From assembly GCF_006345805.1 (NCBI RefSeq), contig NC_043002.1, positions 20,460,001 to 20,524,000 on the forward strand: a stretch of DNA of 64,000 bases, in the 5' to 3' direction. Shown here in pieces: positions 34,892-47,345 of this stretch. Source of the DNA: Octopus sinensis (Eukaryota). How positions within the stretch are numbered: the first letter of the stretch is position 1; each line of letters opens with the position of its first letter. The position numbers and the translations under genes are program-made. The notes beneath the pieces were generated by a model. That model searched no databases. It was given only the letters and a program-made list of their open reading frames with translations, and was not told the origin of the DNA.

Positions 34892-36212
34892 CAGCAGCAG
34901 TAGCAGCAACAGCAGTAGTAGTAATAGGATTGGTGGTAGTAGTTGTAGTTGAAATACTAGAAGTAGACATTGATATTAATTGTAGTAGTAGCAGTAGTAG
35001 TGTGATGGTAGTAGTAGTAGTTCTTTGATTTTGCTGCTGTCCAAGCATTTAGTAATGTGTTCTTGTTATTAGTGTTGTTAACAATAATGTAAAGCTTGAT
35101 ACAGGCGATAATGATGGTGAAGATGATGATGGTGATGGTGGTGATGGCAATGGTTAGTGATGATGATGAAGATGAAGATGGAGTTGCTGTTGAGAGAGTG
35201 TGGAGGGTGTGGCTGTATATGCAGTCATGCAAGTATAGTGCATGTGTGCGAGGTATGAGGTATGTGTGCGTATGCATGTGTATGAGGTATGTATACAAAT
35301 GTATTTTGCACTCAGATACACACATGCCGTTTTACAGGTTACAGCAGGTTGTATGTACATGGGTGTGTGTGCACATGTGTGTGTGTGCATGTAGGACCAT
35401 ACATTTATGTGAATGATGGAATGTATGTATATCTATGTATGTGTGTGTGTGGTGTATATGTAAATATGTTGATGCACGCACACACTCACACACACACATA
35501 CATATATACACATGTGCACACACACACACATCTGAACATACACACACACTTAGAATCTGCATCATGGCTGCACTGTTAGAGCAGCATGCAGACTCTTCAT
35601 CTGAACTGATCTGATTCTAAGATGTTGACAACTTTGACAGCAAGGCTTATCCACGCATGCACACACATCAACATGCCCCACCCACGTGTCCCATCCCATC
35701 TCATCTCGACCAAACCTTGTGATGGAACCATTGCACATCAGATGTCTGCAGATTGCAAATTGGCAGTCTCTGTCTTATTTCTGTCATTCTTCTTCTTCTT
35801 CTCCTTTTCCTTACTCTTTTACTTACACAGACATGTATTTATACATACATATATACATGCATACATACATACATACATACATATGCACACCCATAAATGT
35901 ACATATATACACATATAACAACATGCAGTTAGGCACACACACAAACACAAGCATACTACTATTTGTATGTAATACACAAACCTTTTATCTTCTTATAGGA
36001 AACAAAAATCGATATTAAAGAAACCACATTTGCATTCACATTTGCATATGAACATACTGATATATATATATATAATATAATATATATATATATATATATC
36101 TAATATATATATATATATAAAAAAAATATATATACATGCACACCTTACAAATGCACACACATATCTACTTAGTTATGTGCATGCATTGCTGCAAATATTT
36201 ACAACTATGTAT

Positions 36213-36248
<36 letters not shown>

Positions 36249-36270
36249 ATCGTGAGAGAGAGACATGCAC

Positions 36271-36312
<42 letters not shown>

Positions 36313-36949
36313 GCACAAGCACATACTGACATTTATTTATATATGTATATAGATATACTTATGTAGATCTATACACATACATATGGACGCATATGCATGA
36401 TATATACGCTTTTAAGACTTGAACTGTCTTTACATTCAACTTGAAACCCTGTACTACTGGTCTCAGAAGAATTTATGTATGTTTGCACTGAAATGAACCG
36501 GCACAGTTCAAATAGCATTAGTAGTAGTGGTAGTTGTATTAGTAGTAGTAGTTGTTGTTGTAATAATGGTAGTGGTAGTATTAGTTGTTGTTGTTTAGCT
36601 CCACATCAGTCCTCATCAAATAAACTTAACATAAAAAGCATTCCAGCTGTGACCACCCTGTCTGGTTTTACAGCACACAGTATCCAGAACTACATTGATA
36701 GTGTTTTATTCTTCTGTCGGCTTAAATCAGTTAACTATGGCCATACTGGAGCACTACTTTCAAAGGTTTAGTTATTCACATAAACCCCACTCCCAGTACT
36801 TTATTTCCTTCTTGTACTTATTTTATCAGTCTCTATTTATTGTACTGCTAAGTTACAGGTTATCAAAGATCATGATATGTACTGTGACCTTCAAGTTAAA
36901 GTTTTGCTAAAGTATAGTGTGAAAGTCTGAGTGGTTTTGTAAGCCACTC

Positions 36950-37780
36950 GGGACATATTGAGTAGAGGTATAATGAGTCAGTAAGTGTTGTTGAGTCCAG
37001 ATGCAATGAGTCAGTGAGTACATGTTGAGTGGAGGTGCAATTTATCAGTCAGTAAGTCCATGGTAATAGTAATGGGCATGGCTATGTGGTTAGGGAGCTT
37101 GCTTCCTAGCTACATGGTTTCGGGTTCAGTCCCACTGCATGGCACTTTGGGCAGGTGTCTTCTACTATAGCCCCGAGCCGATCGGAGCTTTGTGATTGAA
37201 TTCGGTAGGTGGAAGTTACTGCCTTGTGTGTATGTGTGCGTATAGCTGCTCAGTGCCTCTCCGAAAGAGAGAGAGGGAATCGGTGAGTACATGTCGAGTG
37301 TGGTTTAATGAGTTAATGAGTACATGTTGAGTGGAGGTGAAATTCATCAGTCAGTAAGTCCATGATTGGAGTAATAAAATGAATTGGTGAGTACATGTTG
37401 AGTGTGGTTTAATGAGTCAGTGAGTACATGTTGAGTGGAGGTACAATTTATCAGTCAGTAATTCCATGATAAGAGTAATACAATGAATCAGTGAGTACAT
37501 GTTGAGTGTGGTTTAATGAGTCAGTGAGTACACGTTGAGTGTGGTTCAATGAGTCAGTGAGTACATGTTGAGTGGAGGTTGAATTTATCAGTCAGTAAGT
37601 CCATGATAAGAGTAATACAATGAATCAGTGAGTACATGTCGAGTGTGGTTCGATGAGTCTGTGAGTACATTTTGAGTGGAGGTGCAATTTATTAGTCTGT
37701 ATGTCCATAATAAGAGTAATATAATGAATCGGTGAGTACATATTGAGTGTGACTCAGTGAGTCAGTGAGTACATGTTCAT
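36950..37780. repeat. Compound minisatellite (~33 and ~71 bp units) interrupted by a SINE
   Basis: Repeated GAGTACATGTTGAGTG(T/G)G.. with ..TTTAATGAGTCAGT or ..TTTATCAGTCAGTAAGTCCATGATAAGAGTAAT. Confidence 0.88.
37073..37278 (+). mobile_element. Variant tRNA-SINE subfamily, copy 1
   Basis: GGGCATGGCTATGTGGTTAGGGAGCTTGCTTCCTAGCTACATGG...GAGAGAGAGGGAA; close match to 41652-41858. Confidence 0.8.
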
Positions 37781-38511
37781 TGTTGTATTGTACCGTGTAA
37801 TCCATTTCAAGCAGTTACATAGGCCATTGGTCACTGAACTGGTGGCACATCTACCAAGCTAGCCCAGTGAGAAAGTTACTAAAAGGAAACTTAGTGGGAT
37901 AAAGGCAAGGCTTGAGTATAATACAATGAGTCATTGAGCCTGTATTGATTGGAGTTCACTGAATCACTTACATTGATACATGAAAGACAAAGGATGTAGA
38001 TGAGATCAATACTTAGTTGCCTCAATATCTTCAGATTTAACATTAATATTTATCTGTCCAGCACAGGGCTTAAAGATGGAGAAATGATTGATTTTGTAGT
38101 CTGGTAGCAGTTGTTATTTAGTCTAGGTCAGCCATGGTTGAAATGACCTATGATCAAGAGTATTCCAGCCATGACCATCTCATATTTTTATATATTTTAT
38201 CTCAGATAACATTATTCAATATATCATGATTTTTTTACTATGATAAACATGGTGAGCAAAGCACATGGCTTAGTGGTTATGGTGTTGGACTCATGATCGT
38301 AAGATTGTGGTTTTGATTCCTGGACTGGGCAGTACATTGTATTGTTGAGCAAGACACTTCATTTCACATTGCTCCAGTCTACACACCTGGTAAAAATGAG
38401 TAATCCTGTGACAGACCAGTGTCCTGTACGCGGAGGTATATATATATATATATATAAGAAATTAACTATGTAAAAGTCAATATGAAGAGTACTCCATCCA
38501 ATGAGATTTCC

Positions 38512-38740
38512 ATATTACTAAACATTTCAACTACATGTACTTATCATGCTACTAATAGTTCCCCCATACATGTGTACGTTCATCAGGTGCCAATCGCACC
38601 TTACTCCTAAAACTTTAGTTTAATTCCGCTATTTAAACTAAAGTTTTGGGAGTATGGTGTGATTGGTACCTGATGAAGGTATGCATGTATGGGAAACTAT
38701 TAGTAGTGCAAATAAATACATGTAGTTGAAATGTTTAGTA

Positions 38741-38744
<4 letters not shown>
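38512..38744. repeat. ~110-bp-arm palindrome, Penelope-like, with degenerate hammerhead core
   Basis: ATTACTAAACATTTCAACTACATGTA... / ...TACATGTAGTTGAAATGTTTAGTAAT; right arm has GTAC-CTGATGA..GAAA-CTATTAG-TA-GTGC. Confidence 0.75.
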
Positions 38745-38771
<27 letters not shown>

Positions 38772-38812
38772 AATATATATATATATAGTAATATATATAT
38801 ATATATTTATAT

Positions 38813-39238
38813 AGGCGCAGGAGTGGCTGTGTGGTAAGTAGCTTGCTTCCCAACCACATGATTCCGGATTCAGTCCCACTGTGTGGAACCTTGGGCAAGT
38901 GTCTTCTATAGCCTCGGGCCGACCAAAGCCTTGTGAGTGGATTTGGTAGATGGAAACCGAAAGAAGCCCGTCGTATATATGTATATGTATATATGTATGT
39001 GTGTGTGTGTATATGTTTGTGTGTGTGTGTATATGTTTGTGTGTCTGTGTTTGTCCCACCAACATCGCTTGACAACCGATGCTGATGTGTTTATGTCCCC
39101 GTAACTTAACGTTTCTGCAAAAGGGACCGATAGAATAAGTACTAGGCTTACGAAGAATAAGTCCTGGGGTCAATTTGCTCGACTAAAGGTGGGGCTCCAG
39201 CATCGCCGCAGTCAAATGACTGAAACAAGTCAAAGAGT
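38813..39238 (+). mobile_element. tRNA-derived SINE, full length
   Basis: Same family as 33072-33510. Confidence 0.88.
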
Positions 39239-41529
39239 AATATATATATATATGTCAAGGGAAACTGAGAAACCAGTCCTGTGCTCCTTACAGAGTAATG
39301 TGGACTAATAAACATGGTAAACTGTGATTTGAGAGAAATTTCACTGCTGTTTCTACCAGTTTCAGTGACTATATTTAAGTTCCCATGTTGTCTATCAGTT
39401 TAGAAATTTGAGAACGTTCCTCTAATATCATAGACTACCTTGCCAAAGCATCTGTTGTGCCGATTGGCTATTAGCAACCTGTTCGATACAGATTTATCAG
39501 TATCATCATCAGCCTCATTTTAACATCCACTTTTCCATGTTTGCATGAATCAGACAGAGTTTATTGATGTAAATTTTCTAGAGTTGGATATCCTTCCTGT
39601 CTGTCTCCAATCTTTATCCAAGTATGATAATATTTCCCTGTGGCCAGACATGTCTTTGCAGAATATTGTAAATGCATGGCTGCAATCCAATGACTGAAAC
39701 CAGTAAAGAAGGAAAAAACAGATAGAAAACAGATTCTGCAAAACAAGCCAACTGGTAGGAGACCTAGGGGTAGACCAACAACAAGATGGTTGGATTACAT
39801 CGATAGTTTTGATCACATTTGGTAATCCAGCCAGAAATTATAATGACGCTGACTTCTGATAGAGCCTTATGGAATAGGTTCCTAAGGACTCTAACCAAAC
39901 ATCCCTTTCAGGTATAGTTGACAGTAAAGATGGATGGATAGATAGAAGAAAGGTATTATATCGTACCAGTGAAATATTTATTAATTAGACAGACTTATAC
40001 CAACACCAATGAATAGTGCCTCACTCTCTTTCACTATGGTACAAATGAATGGGTTTTGTGTAGCTTTGTTTTTGGTATTTGGCACTTAATTCTCCACATT
40101 ATTGAACCCCATGTTTCATTGAGCAAGCCCATAATCAGTGTTAGCCAGCCATGACCATCCCATCTTTTTTCCAATCTAGTATGCTCAGAACTACATCATT
40201 ATCCAATGTGACCTTCATTTCTTTGAGATATAAGGCAAACTAAGCTGCTGTTTCTAATGGTCAAGTGACTGGTAGAAGCTACTCAGAGGGATGAGTTTTT
40301 GTTAAAGTGTTTCATTCAATAAGATGTTCTTTCTGTTACTAACCATCAAACTGTGAATTAGGGAGTTGAACCTTGTTTCTTCAGCAGCCTGGCAAACTGG
40401 GTATCTTGTTCAAGGTCACAAAACCAGTCGTAATATCGTCATCATCACTATCGTTTAATATCTAGTTTCCATGCTGGCTGGCATGGGTTGGATGGTTTGA
40501 TAAGGTTCAGAGAGCCTCATGGTCACGTTCAACTCCAGTGTTAACTTTGGCATGGCTACTATGGTTGGGTGATCTTTCTAATTCCAGTGCCTAACACCAA
40601 TATAACATTTGGTTTAAAATCATTGCAATGTGATCAGCAATCCTGAATTTTAATCTCTGTGCCATTGTGACTTCCGAGTTGATCTACCATTTCCGGTACC
40701 ATCTGATACTATGAGAAGTGGGCCCAAGAAATCTATTTGCTGTCGCTTTTAAATTTCAAATTGGCCCTAATTAAACAAACTTATGATCAATGACATTCCA
40801 CCTTTGACCATCCTGTTTTTTTATTATTATTATTATCACAGATATGTACACTATAAACATTATCCAATGTCTTTCATTTCATTAAGACAGTAGAATGTGG
40901 TATGAGGGATATTTGATTGTTATTTCTAGCAAGTCAAGTGACTGTGTAACATTTTGCATGTTAGCTTAAAGATGTCTGGTTGTTGTTGTTGTTGGCGTCA
41001 ATGTTATTGCATCAGACTGCATATAACAGAAAAATCATTTTCAAATAATCCTTTATCAACTTGATACGTAAAGATTATAGTAAGTGATGGAGGTGGTGGT
41101 GGTTGTGTTGCTGTTGGTGGCGGTGACATGGTATTGATGGTAATGCTGTTATGATGTAGGTCATGGTGAGCTGTTATGATACTGGTGGTTGTTTTATGGT
41201 GGTAAATTGGGGTGTTGTAATGGTAGTGGTGGTGGTAGTAGTATAATCTGGTTGGTTAGGGCTGGGGTTAGGGTTAATGTCTGTGATAACTTTGCGGACT
41301 GATCTGATTAATATAAATATATATTGAATTATATACATTATAAATTATATAAATTATAGGTCTGGCATATCTGTGTCATTAAGAAGCTTGCTTTGCAACC
41401 ATGTAGCTTTGGGTTCAATCCCATTGTATGGAACCTCGGGCAAGTATATTCTTCTATAACACTGAGCCAATCAGTGGGTGAATTTGGTGGAGGAAAGCTT
41501 TGTGGAAGCTTGACATGTATATGTATGTG

Positions 41530-41574
<45 letters not shown>

Positions 41575-41651
41575 GTATGTATATATATGCAGTTTTGTTT
41601 GTGTATTGAACATCCAAATATTCTATTAAAATTTCCTCATTTCAGTTTGCA

Positions 41652-41858
41652 TGGGCATGGCTGTGTGGTTAGGGAGCTTGCTTCCTAGCTACATGGTTTC
41701 AGGTTCAGTCCCACTGCGTGGCACTTTGGGTAGGTGTCTTCCACTATAGCCCCGAGCTGACCGGAGCTTTGTGACTGAATTCGGTAGGCGGAAGTTACTG
41801 CCGTGTGTGCATATGTGCGTGTAGGTGCTTGTGCCTCTCCCAAAGAGAGAGAGGGAAG
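41652..41858 (+). mobile_element. Variant tRNA-SINE subfamily, copy 2
   Basis: Close match to 37073-37278. Confidence 0.8.
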
Positions 41859-42159
41859 GAATAGAAATGTAGGGTCAAGAGGACCCTTTAGTCTGGTCCA
41901 TTCAAGGACATGATAACATCTTTAGTACAGGTGCCATAATAAATGTATTTGGTGTTAGGAAGGGTATCCAGCCATTAGAAACCATACCAAAAATTAGCCA
42001 TTTTTTATTTTTACTCTTTTAATATGACATAAATTTAAATAAAAAAATCATCTATGCAATTTTTGACAGTATCAATAATGCTATAAAAATGAATATCATT
42101 TAATTTAAGAACATTTTAAGCATATATTCTCTTTGATAAAATAGAATGTGAAAAAACAT

Positions 42160-42460
42160 TTGAGTGAGGTTGTTGCCAGTGCCGCTGGACTGGCTCCTGT
42201 ACATGTGGAACGTGTAAAACACCATTTGAGCATGGCCATTGTCAGTACTGCCTGACTGGCCCTCGTGCCTATGGCACGTAAAAGCACCCACTACACTCTT
42301 GGAGTGGTTGGCGTTAGGAAGGGCATCCAGCTGTAGAAACTCTGCCAGATCAAGATTGGAGCCTGGTACAGCCATCTGGTTTGCCAGTCCTCAGTCAAAT
42401 CGTCCAACCCATGCTAGCATGGAAAACGGACGTTAAACGATGATGATGATGATGATGATG
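42160..42460 (+). mobile_element. RTE LINE 3' fragment
   Basis: RTE terminus with (GAT)n tail. Confidence 0.8.
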
Positions 42461-43118
42461 AAGAGAATGCCTGCATTAAATATTGGTGTCAGTTGTGTTT
42501 ACCACAAAGTGTTTCTTCACTGTCTCTGAATAATTTTAAGAAATTAGTAATTTATCTTGTATAGCATTTAATACACCTTTGTATATTAAATACCATACAA
42601 TCTCATATCTCTGGCTACTCTGAGTTATTTCTCTTAGCTCATTTCTATTATATGTATATATCATCATTATCATCACCACTTAAAATCTGTTTTCCATGCT
42701 GGCATGGATTGGATGGTTTGACAGGAGCTGCTGAACCAGAGGACTGCACCAAGCTCCAATGTCTTCTTTTGGCATGGTTTCTATGTCTGAATGCCCTTCC
42801 TAATACCATCCACTTTACAGAATATATCGAGAGCTATATATCAATTACTTTGTGGAAGAATTATTGTCGTCATTTTGAGTGAAATTGACTGCTATTTCTA
42901 GCAGTTTGATGAACTTCAGCGATCCTCTCTCACTGACTTGCTTTCTAGCAAGCATCTAGAAGTTCCTTGTTGATTTAGCAGCTATGTTGTTGTTGTTGGT
43001 GGTGGTGGTGGTGGCCATTGTTCTCAGGATGATAATCACAGTGCTGTAATATGATGATGATAATGATGATGATGATGATTATGCAAGGCTTCATATTTAT
43101 TTATTCATTTATTTACAG

Positions 43119-43183
43119 TCTGGTGGGAAAACAGCTGCCTCTCTCCACATGGCCAGATCCATTTGTCGAAGAGCTGAGCGAAC
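43119..43183 (+). CDS. MMAB: MMAB internal exon (equivalent to human exon 7), 65 bp
   Basis: tttacag|TCT GGT GGG.. = SGGKTAASLHMARSICRRAER(T)|gtgagt; includes the conserved RRAER motif; in frame with the previous exon. Confidence 0.96.
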
Positions 43184-44250
43184 GTGAGTAACCCTGTTTC
43201 ATACAACTGCTTCACCTTCATTCATCCTTTTCCAACTGACACACTTCCTCACTGATGCTTTGGTTTGTCTTGAAGATAAAAATCAATCAGACTAATTGGT
43301 GATTACTCCATCACCAAACACACACTACAACCTCTGATTCCAAGCCTTCATTCTGCTTCTCTGACTTCTACTACAATGGTCTCCCCCTCTGAACAGTTAG
43401 CTACACATAAGTCAAGTATTTTTCATGACAATTTTTAAGCATAAGGAATATATCAGAGAAGTAAAAAGAAACCTCAGTGAATGTTTCATTCAGTATCTAT
43501 AAATTAGTCAAAAATAAATCTCAGTTATATGTCATCAAAAATTGTTGTTGCTCAATGTTATTATTATTACAAGGGCAAGGGTGTTTGACTTGACATAATC
43601 ATTAGAGCATCTGGAAAAATGCCTTGCAGTATTTGTTCCAGATCTTTACTATTTGCATTTAAATCCTGCTGAGGGATTTAAACCCCCAGCATCAACAAAA
43701 TAAAGTACCAGTCATGTACTTGATGTAACTTACTGGTACTCTCCGCTCAGGATTGTAGAGCTCATGGTTAAATTAGAATCACTTATTTGAAGAATAATGG
43801 TGTGGCAGAAATAATTGTGTTGGGTTAAATGTCATAAAATCCTCAGGGATTTATAAAATATGTAATAGGCATGTACTGGTGTTATTTCTAACCTTGTGCT
43901 GTATGTGGGAAATCATTGTCATCACTACCTCAGCTATTGCTGCCATTGTTGTTGTTATTTAGCCTTTGTGTCCTCTAATCTAGGAGTCTAAAGCATAAAG
44001 AGCATTACTCCCATCCTTACTTTAGATGTAAAAGGATCCTAGTTCAATCTGAGCCTGGTTATGTACACTTTTAGTGACAATTGTCGATCAGACGTATTAT
44101 ACCGTGGGATAGTTAAAGATATTGTAGATATATTCTGAAATTCAGGTTAATATTCTGAACAATTATAATTTGAATAAATCTGATAACATTGTTGGTCTGT
44201 AGTATTTAAAAGAAATAGCATCTTTATGTCTTTCCTTTTTTTTACACCAG

Positions 44251-44310
44251 TGTTGCACCACTTGTAAGGCACAATGAGATGGACCCTTCTGCTCTTCAGT
44301 ATTTAAACAG
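44251..44310 (+). CDS. MMAB: MMAB internal exon (equivalent to human exon 8), 60 bp
   Basis: Polypyrimidine tract + ccag|T GTT GCA.. = VAPLVRHNEMDPSALQYLNR|gtaagt; leads into the expected LNRLSD motif; phase 2 to phase 2. Confidence 0.95.
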
Positions 44311-44509
44311 GTAAGTTCACCAGATCCTTTAGGCTTTTAAAATTAGGTGGGGTGATCTATCAACCTGTAATGCTTGTATTACAAAGAAAACGGAGACAGT
44401 TTCTTCAAGAATATCTGAAGAATAGAAACTTCTTCTCAGATTCTACCATTGACTCACATTCTATTAACAATGATATTCCCCAAGTTATGGTTATACTTCC
44501 CCACCATAA

Positions 44510-44739
44510 GGCGGCGAGCTGGCAGAAACGTTAGCGCGCCAGGCGAAATGCTTAGTGGTATTTCGTCTGCCGTAACGTTCTGAGTTCAAATTCTGCCGAG
44601 ATCGACTTTGCCTTTCATCCTTTCGGGGTTGATAAATAAAGTACCAGTTACTCACTGGGGTCGATGTTATCAACTTAATCCCTTTGTCTGTCCTTGTTTG
44701 TCCCCTCTATGTTTAGCCCCTTGTGGGCAATAAAGAAAT
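44510..44739 (+). mobile_element. Second SINE family, full length, with target site duplication
   Basis: GGCGGCGAGCTGGCAGAA head, GAGTTCAAATTC B-box, GCCTTTCATCCTTTCGGGG central domain, tail ..GGGCAATAAAGAAAT; flanked by TATACTTCCCCACCA / TATACTTTCCCACCA. Older copies near 9150, 12850, 34570 and 62670. Confidence 0.85.
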
Positions 44740-45112
44740 ATATACTTTCCCACCACACTTTCCCCTGTACATTAATGACCTGCTTACCCCCATCATCATT
44801 GTTTTAACATTTACTTTTCTATGCTTCCATGGAAGTTGTTGTGGTAGGCATTTTACAGCTGGATACTCTTCCAATCACTGACTCTCATTTCCAAAGAAGG
44901 TAATATTTCCCCACAACTTAACGTACAAATGCACGTTCCCACGGCTTTATCGATTGCATTCTCACCTAGAATCAATCTTTGTCATTTTTTCAAGACTTAT
45001 ACACGCCCAGATACTGTTGATATCTACATATCAAATTTGAGCGCAATCGGATGGAGGATGCTCGAGATCCTAGAAGACACACAGACAGACAGAACGAATT
45101 TTATATAATATA

Positions 45113-45144
<32 letters not shown>

Positions 45145-45394
45145 GTATGCATGTATGTAACCCAGGCCATGTCACCATGGAACATGGCTTTAAATAATGA
45201 TGATATATGAGAAGGTTTCTTTGACTTTCTGTCTGCCAAATCCACTTACAAGGCTTTAGTCATTCCTGGGTTATGGTTGAAGAAATTGTACCATGGGACT
45301 GAACTTGAAGCTACATGACTGGGAAGCAAACTTTTTAACCACACAACTATGCCTGCACGCACACACACACACACACACTCACACACACACACAC

Positions 45395-45441
<47 letters not shown>

Positions 45442-45761
45442 ATCTATATCATCACATCATCTTCAGATCAGATATATACACATGCACACACATGTGGTTG
45501 AACTGATGGGAGCATGGAAAAGCTGGGTGTAATACGATTATAATATGTTATTATTTCATATCAAATATTTCCATTATTTCTCAAATCTCAAAGAGTTTAG
45601 GGAATCTGGGATTATTGTTTTGAGACTTGAAAATATTTTGGAAGACTGAATAAAGTGTTTGCAGAATTTGCAGAAATTTCTGGCAGAAATCATGACAACA
45701 ATGATTATTTTCTGACTCCCTATATTTGTATATGTATATCTATGTGTCTGTATGTAATCAA

Positions 45762-45806
<45 letters not shown>

Positions 45807-46419
45807 TGATATTCTTCAGTCTTTTATTCCCAGGAAAAATCCTTCTCTTGTTCTTTAACCCATGCCAGCATGGAAAGCAGATGCTAAATGATGATGATAT
45901 TATATATGTATGATATTCTTCCGACTTTTATTCTCAGGAGAAATCCTTCCTCTTGTTCTTTCCCTTCATCTTATCCATCCGCCATCCATTTCCTCCTCCT
46001 CCCTCTCTCTCTCTTCTCCCTTCTCTCTCCTTTTCCCTTTCCATCTCTTCTTAATATAAAAAAAGAAAGGGCCAGATGTGCCAAAGTCTCAATGTTCAAA
46101 CGTATCAAAAGAAAAAAAAAAAATTTCAACACCAGACAGAGCGAAATGACATTCCGATCTATGCCGCCTGCCCTCCTCACCCGAGCCGACACCCATATCA
46201 TTCTGTACCTCACTTTACACCAACCCTCCCCCGCTTGCATTTCTCCTACTCCGCACCCCACTGCCCCACCTAACCTATTCATAACCCATCTCACACACCA
46301 CACACGCACACACATGCTTCATGAGAGGGCACCACCTGTATGTAATAGTCAGTTTAAGACTATCCCCCACCCTACCCCATCACTGTCATTCTTCTTATTA
46401 TATTCCCCCCCCCCGCCCA

Positions 46420-46990
46420 GCCACTGCCACCACCACCACCACCACCATTAGAGCAATCACACATCAGTGCCATCAATGCTACACACCCTGTCACTACTAC
46501 TACTACTACTGTAGGCACCTGAGCTACCATTTTCACCACTTCCACATCACCACCCCTGCTACCACCACCACCACACCACCACTACTTCCACCACTACCAC
46601 TTCTAGCACTGCTACCATCACCACCACCACCACCACCACCACCATCACCACCAACCACCACCACCATCACCACCACCACCACCACCACTTCTGTTTCCCC
46701 TGCCACCACCACTGCTGCCACTACTGGCACCTCTACCATCACTATTGTCAGCTCCAGTACCATGACCATCACAACTACCATCTTTTCTAAACTAACACCA
46801 CTACCATTACCACTATGCATCACCACCAAAGTAACCCTCTCCTCCGACACCATACATACCATTACTAATGTTACCATCACCTCTATCATTCCTCTGCCAT
46901 CACCACCACCATCACTACCACCACCGCTAATGACACTGTCATAACTACTACCGCCTTCACTACTACCACCTTTACCTATATTATCACCAT
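46420..46990. repeat. (CAC/ACC/ACT)n degenerate trinucleotide tract
   Basis: Direct reading; similar tracts at 32520-32890, 54975-55395 and 59930-60450. Confidence 0.9.
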
Positions 46991-46999
46991 TGGCTATAA

Positions 47000-47345
47000 G
47001 GAGGAGGAGACCCTTTTCGGTCATGAATGACCATGGGATTGCACCTAGAATGTTGCCCTCCCAGGCACAAGTCTAGGCAAAGTTGTTTATGGAAGACCAG
47101 CAGTCACCCATGTATACTGGCCTCCCCTCTCCACGCCACCGATGTTATCCAAGGGAAAGGTAAAGGCTGATACAGATTGGCACCAGTGGTATCGCAACTC
47201 ATTTCTACAGCTAAGTGAACTGGAGCAACGTGAAATAAAGTGTCTTGCTCAAGAACACAACACGCAGCCCGATCCGGGAATCGAACTCACAACCTCACGA
47301 TCGTTAGCTCGACGCTCTAACCGCTGAGCCATGGGCCATCACACC
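47000..47345 (-). mobile_element. tRNA-derived SINE (third family)
   Basis: Minus-strand tRNA-like head (plus strand reads GGGAATCGAACTC..CTCTAACCGCTGAGCCAT); related tail at 58150-58270. Confidence 0.7.

Noticed and set aside
45888-47024. Pro/Thr/His-rich ORFs (mucin- or extensin-like)
   Set aside because: Products of (CAC/ACC)n microsatellite, open on both strands; the same applies to 32602-32967, 54922-55446, 56106-56558 and the poly-IY ORFs.
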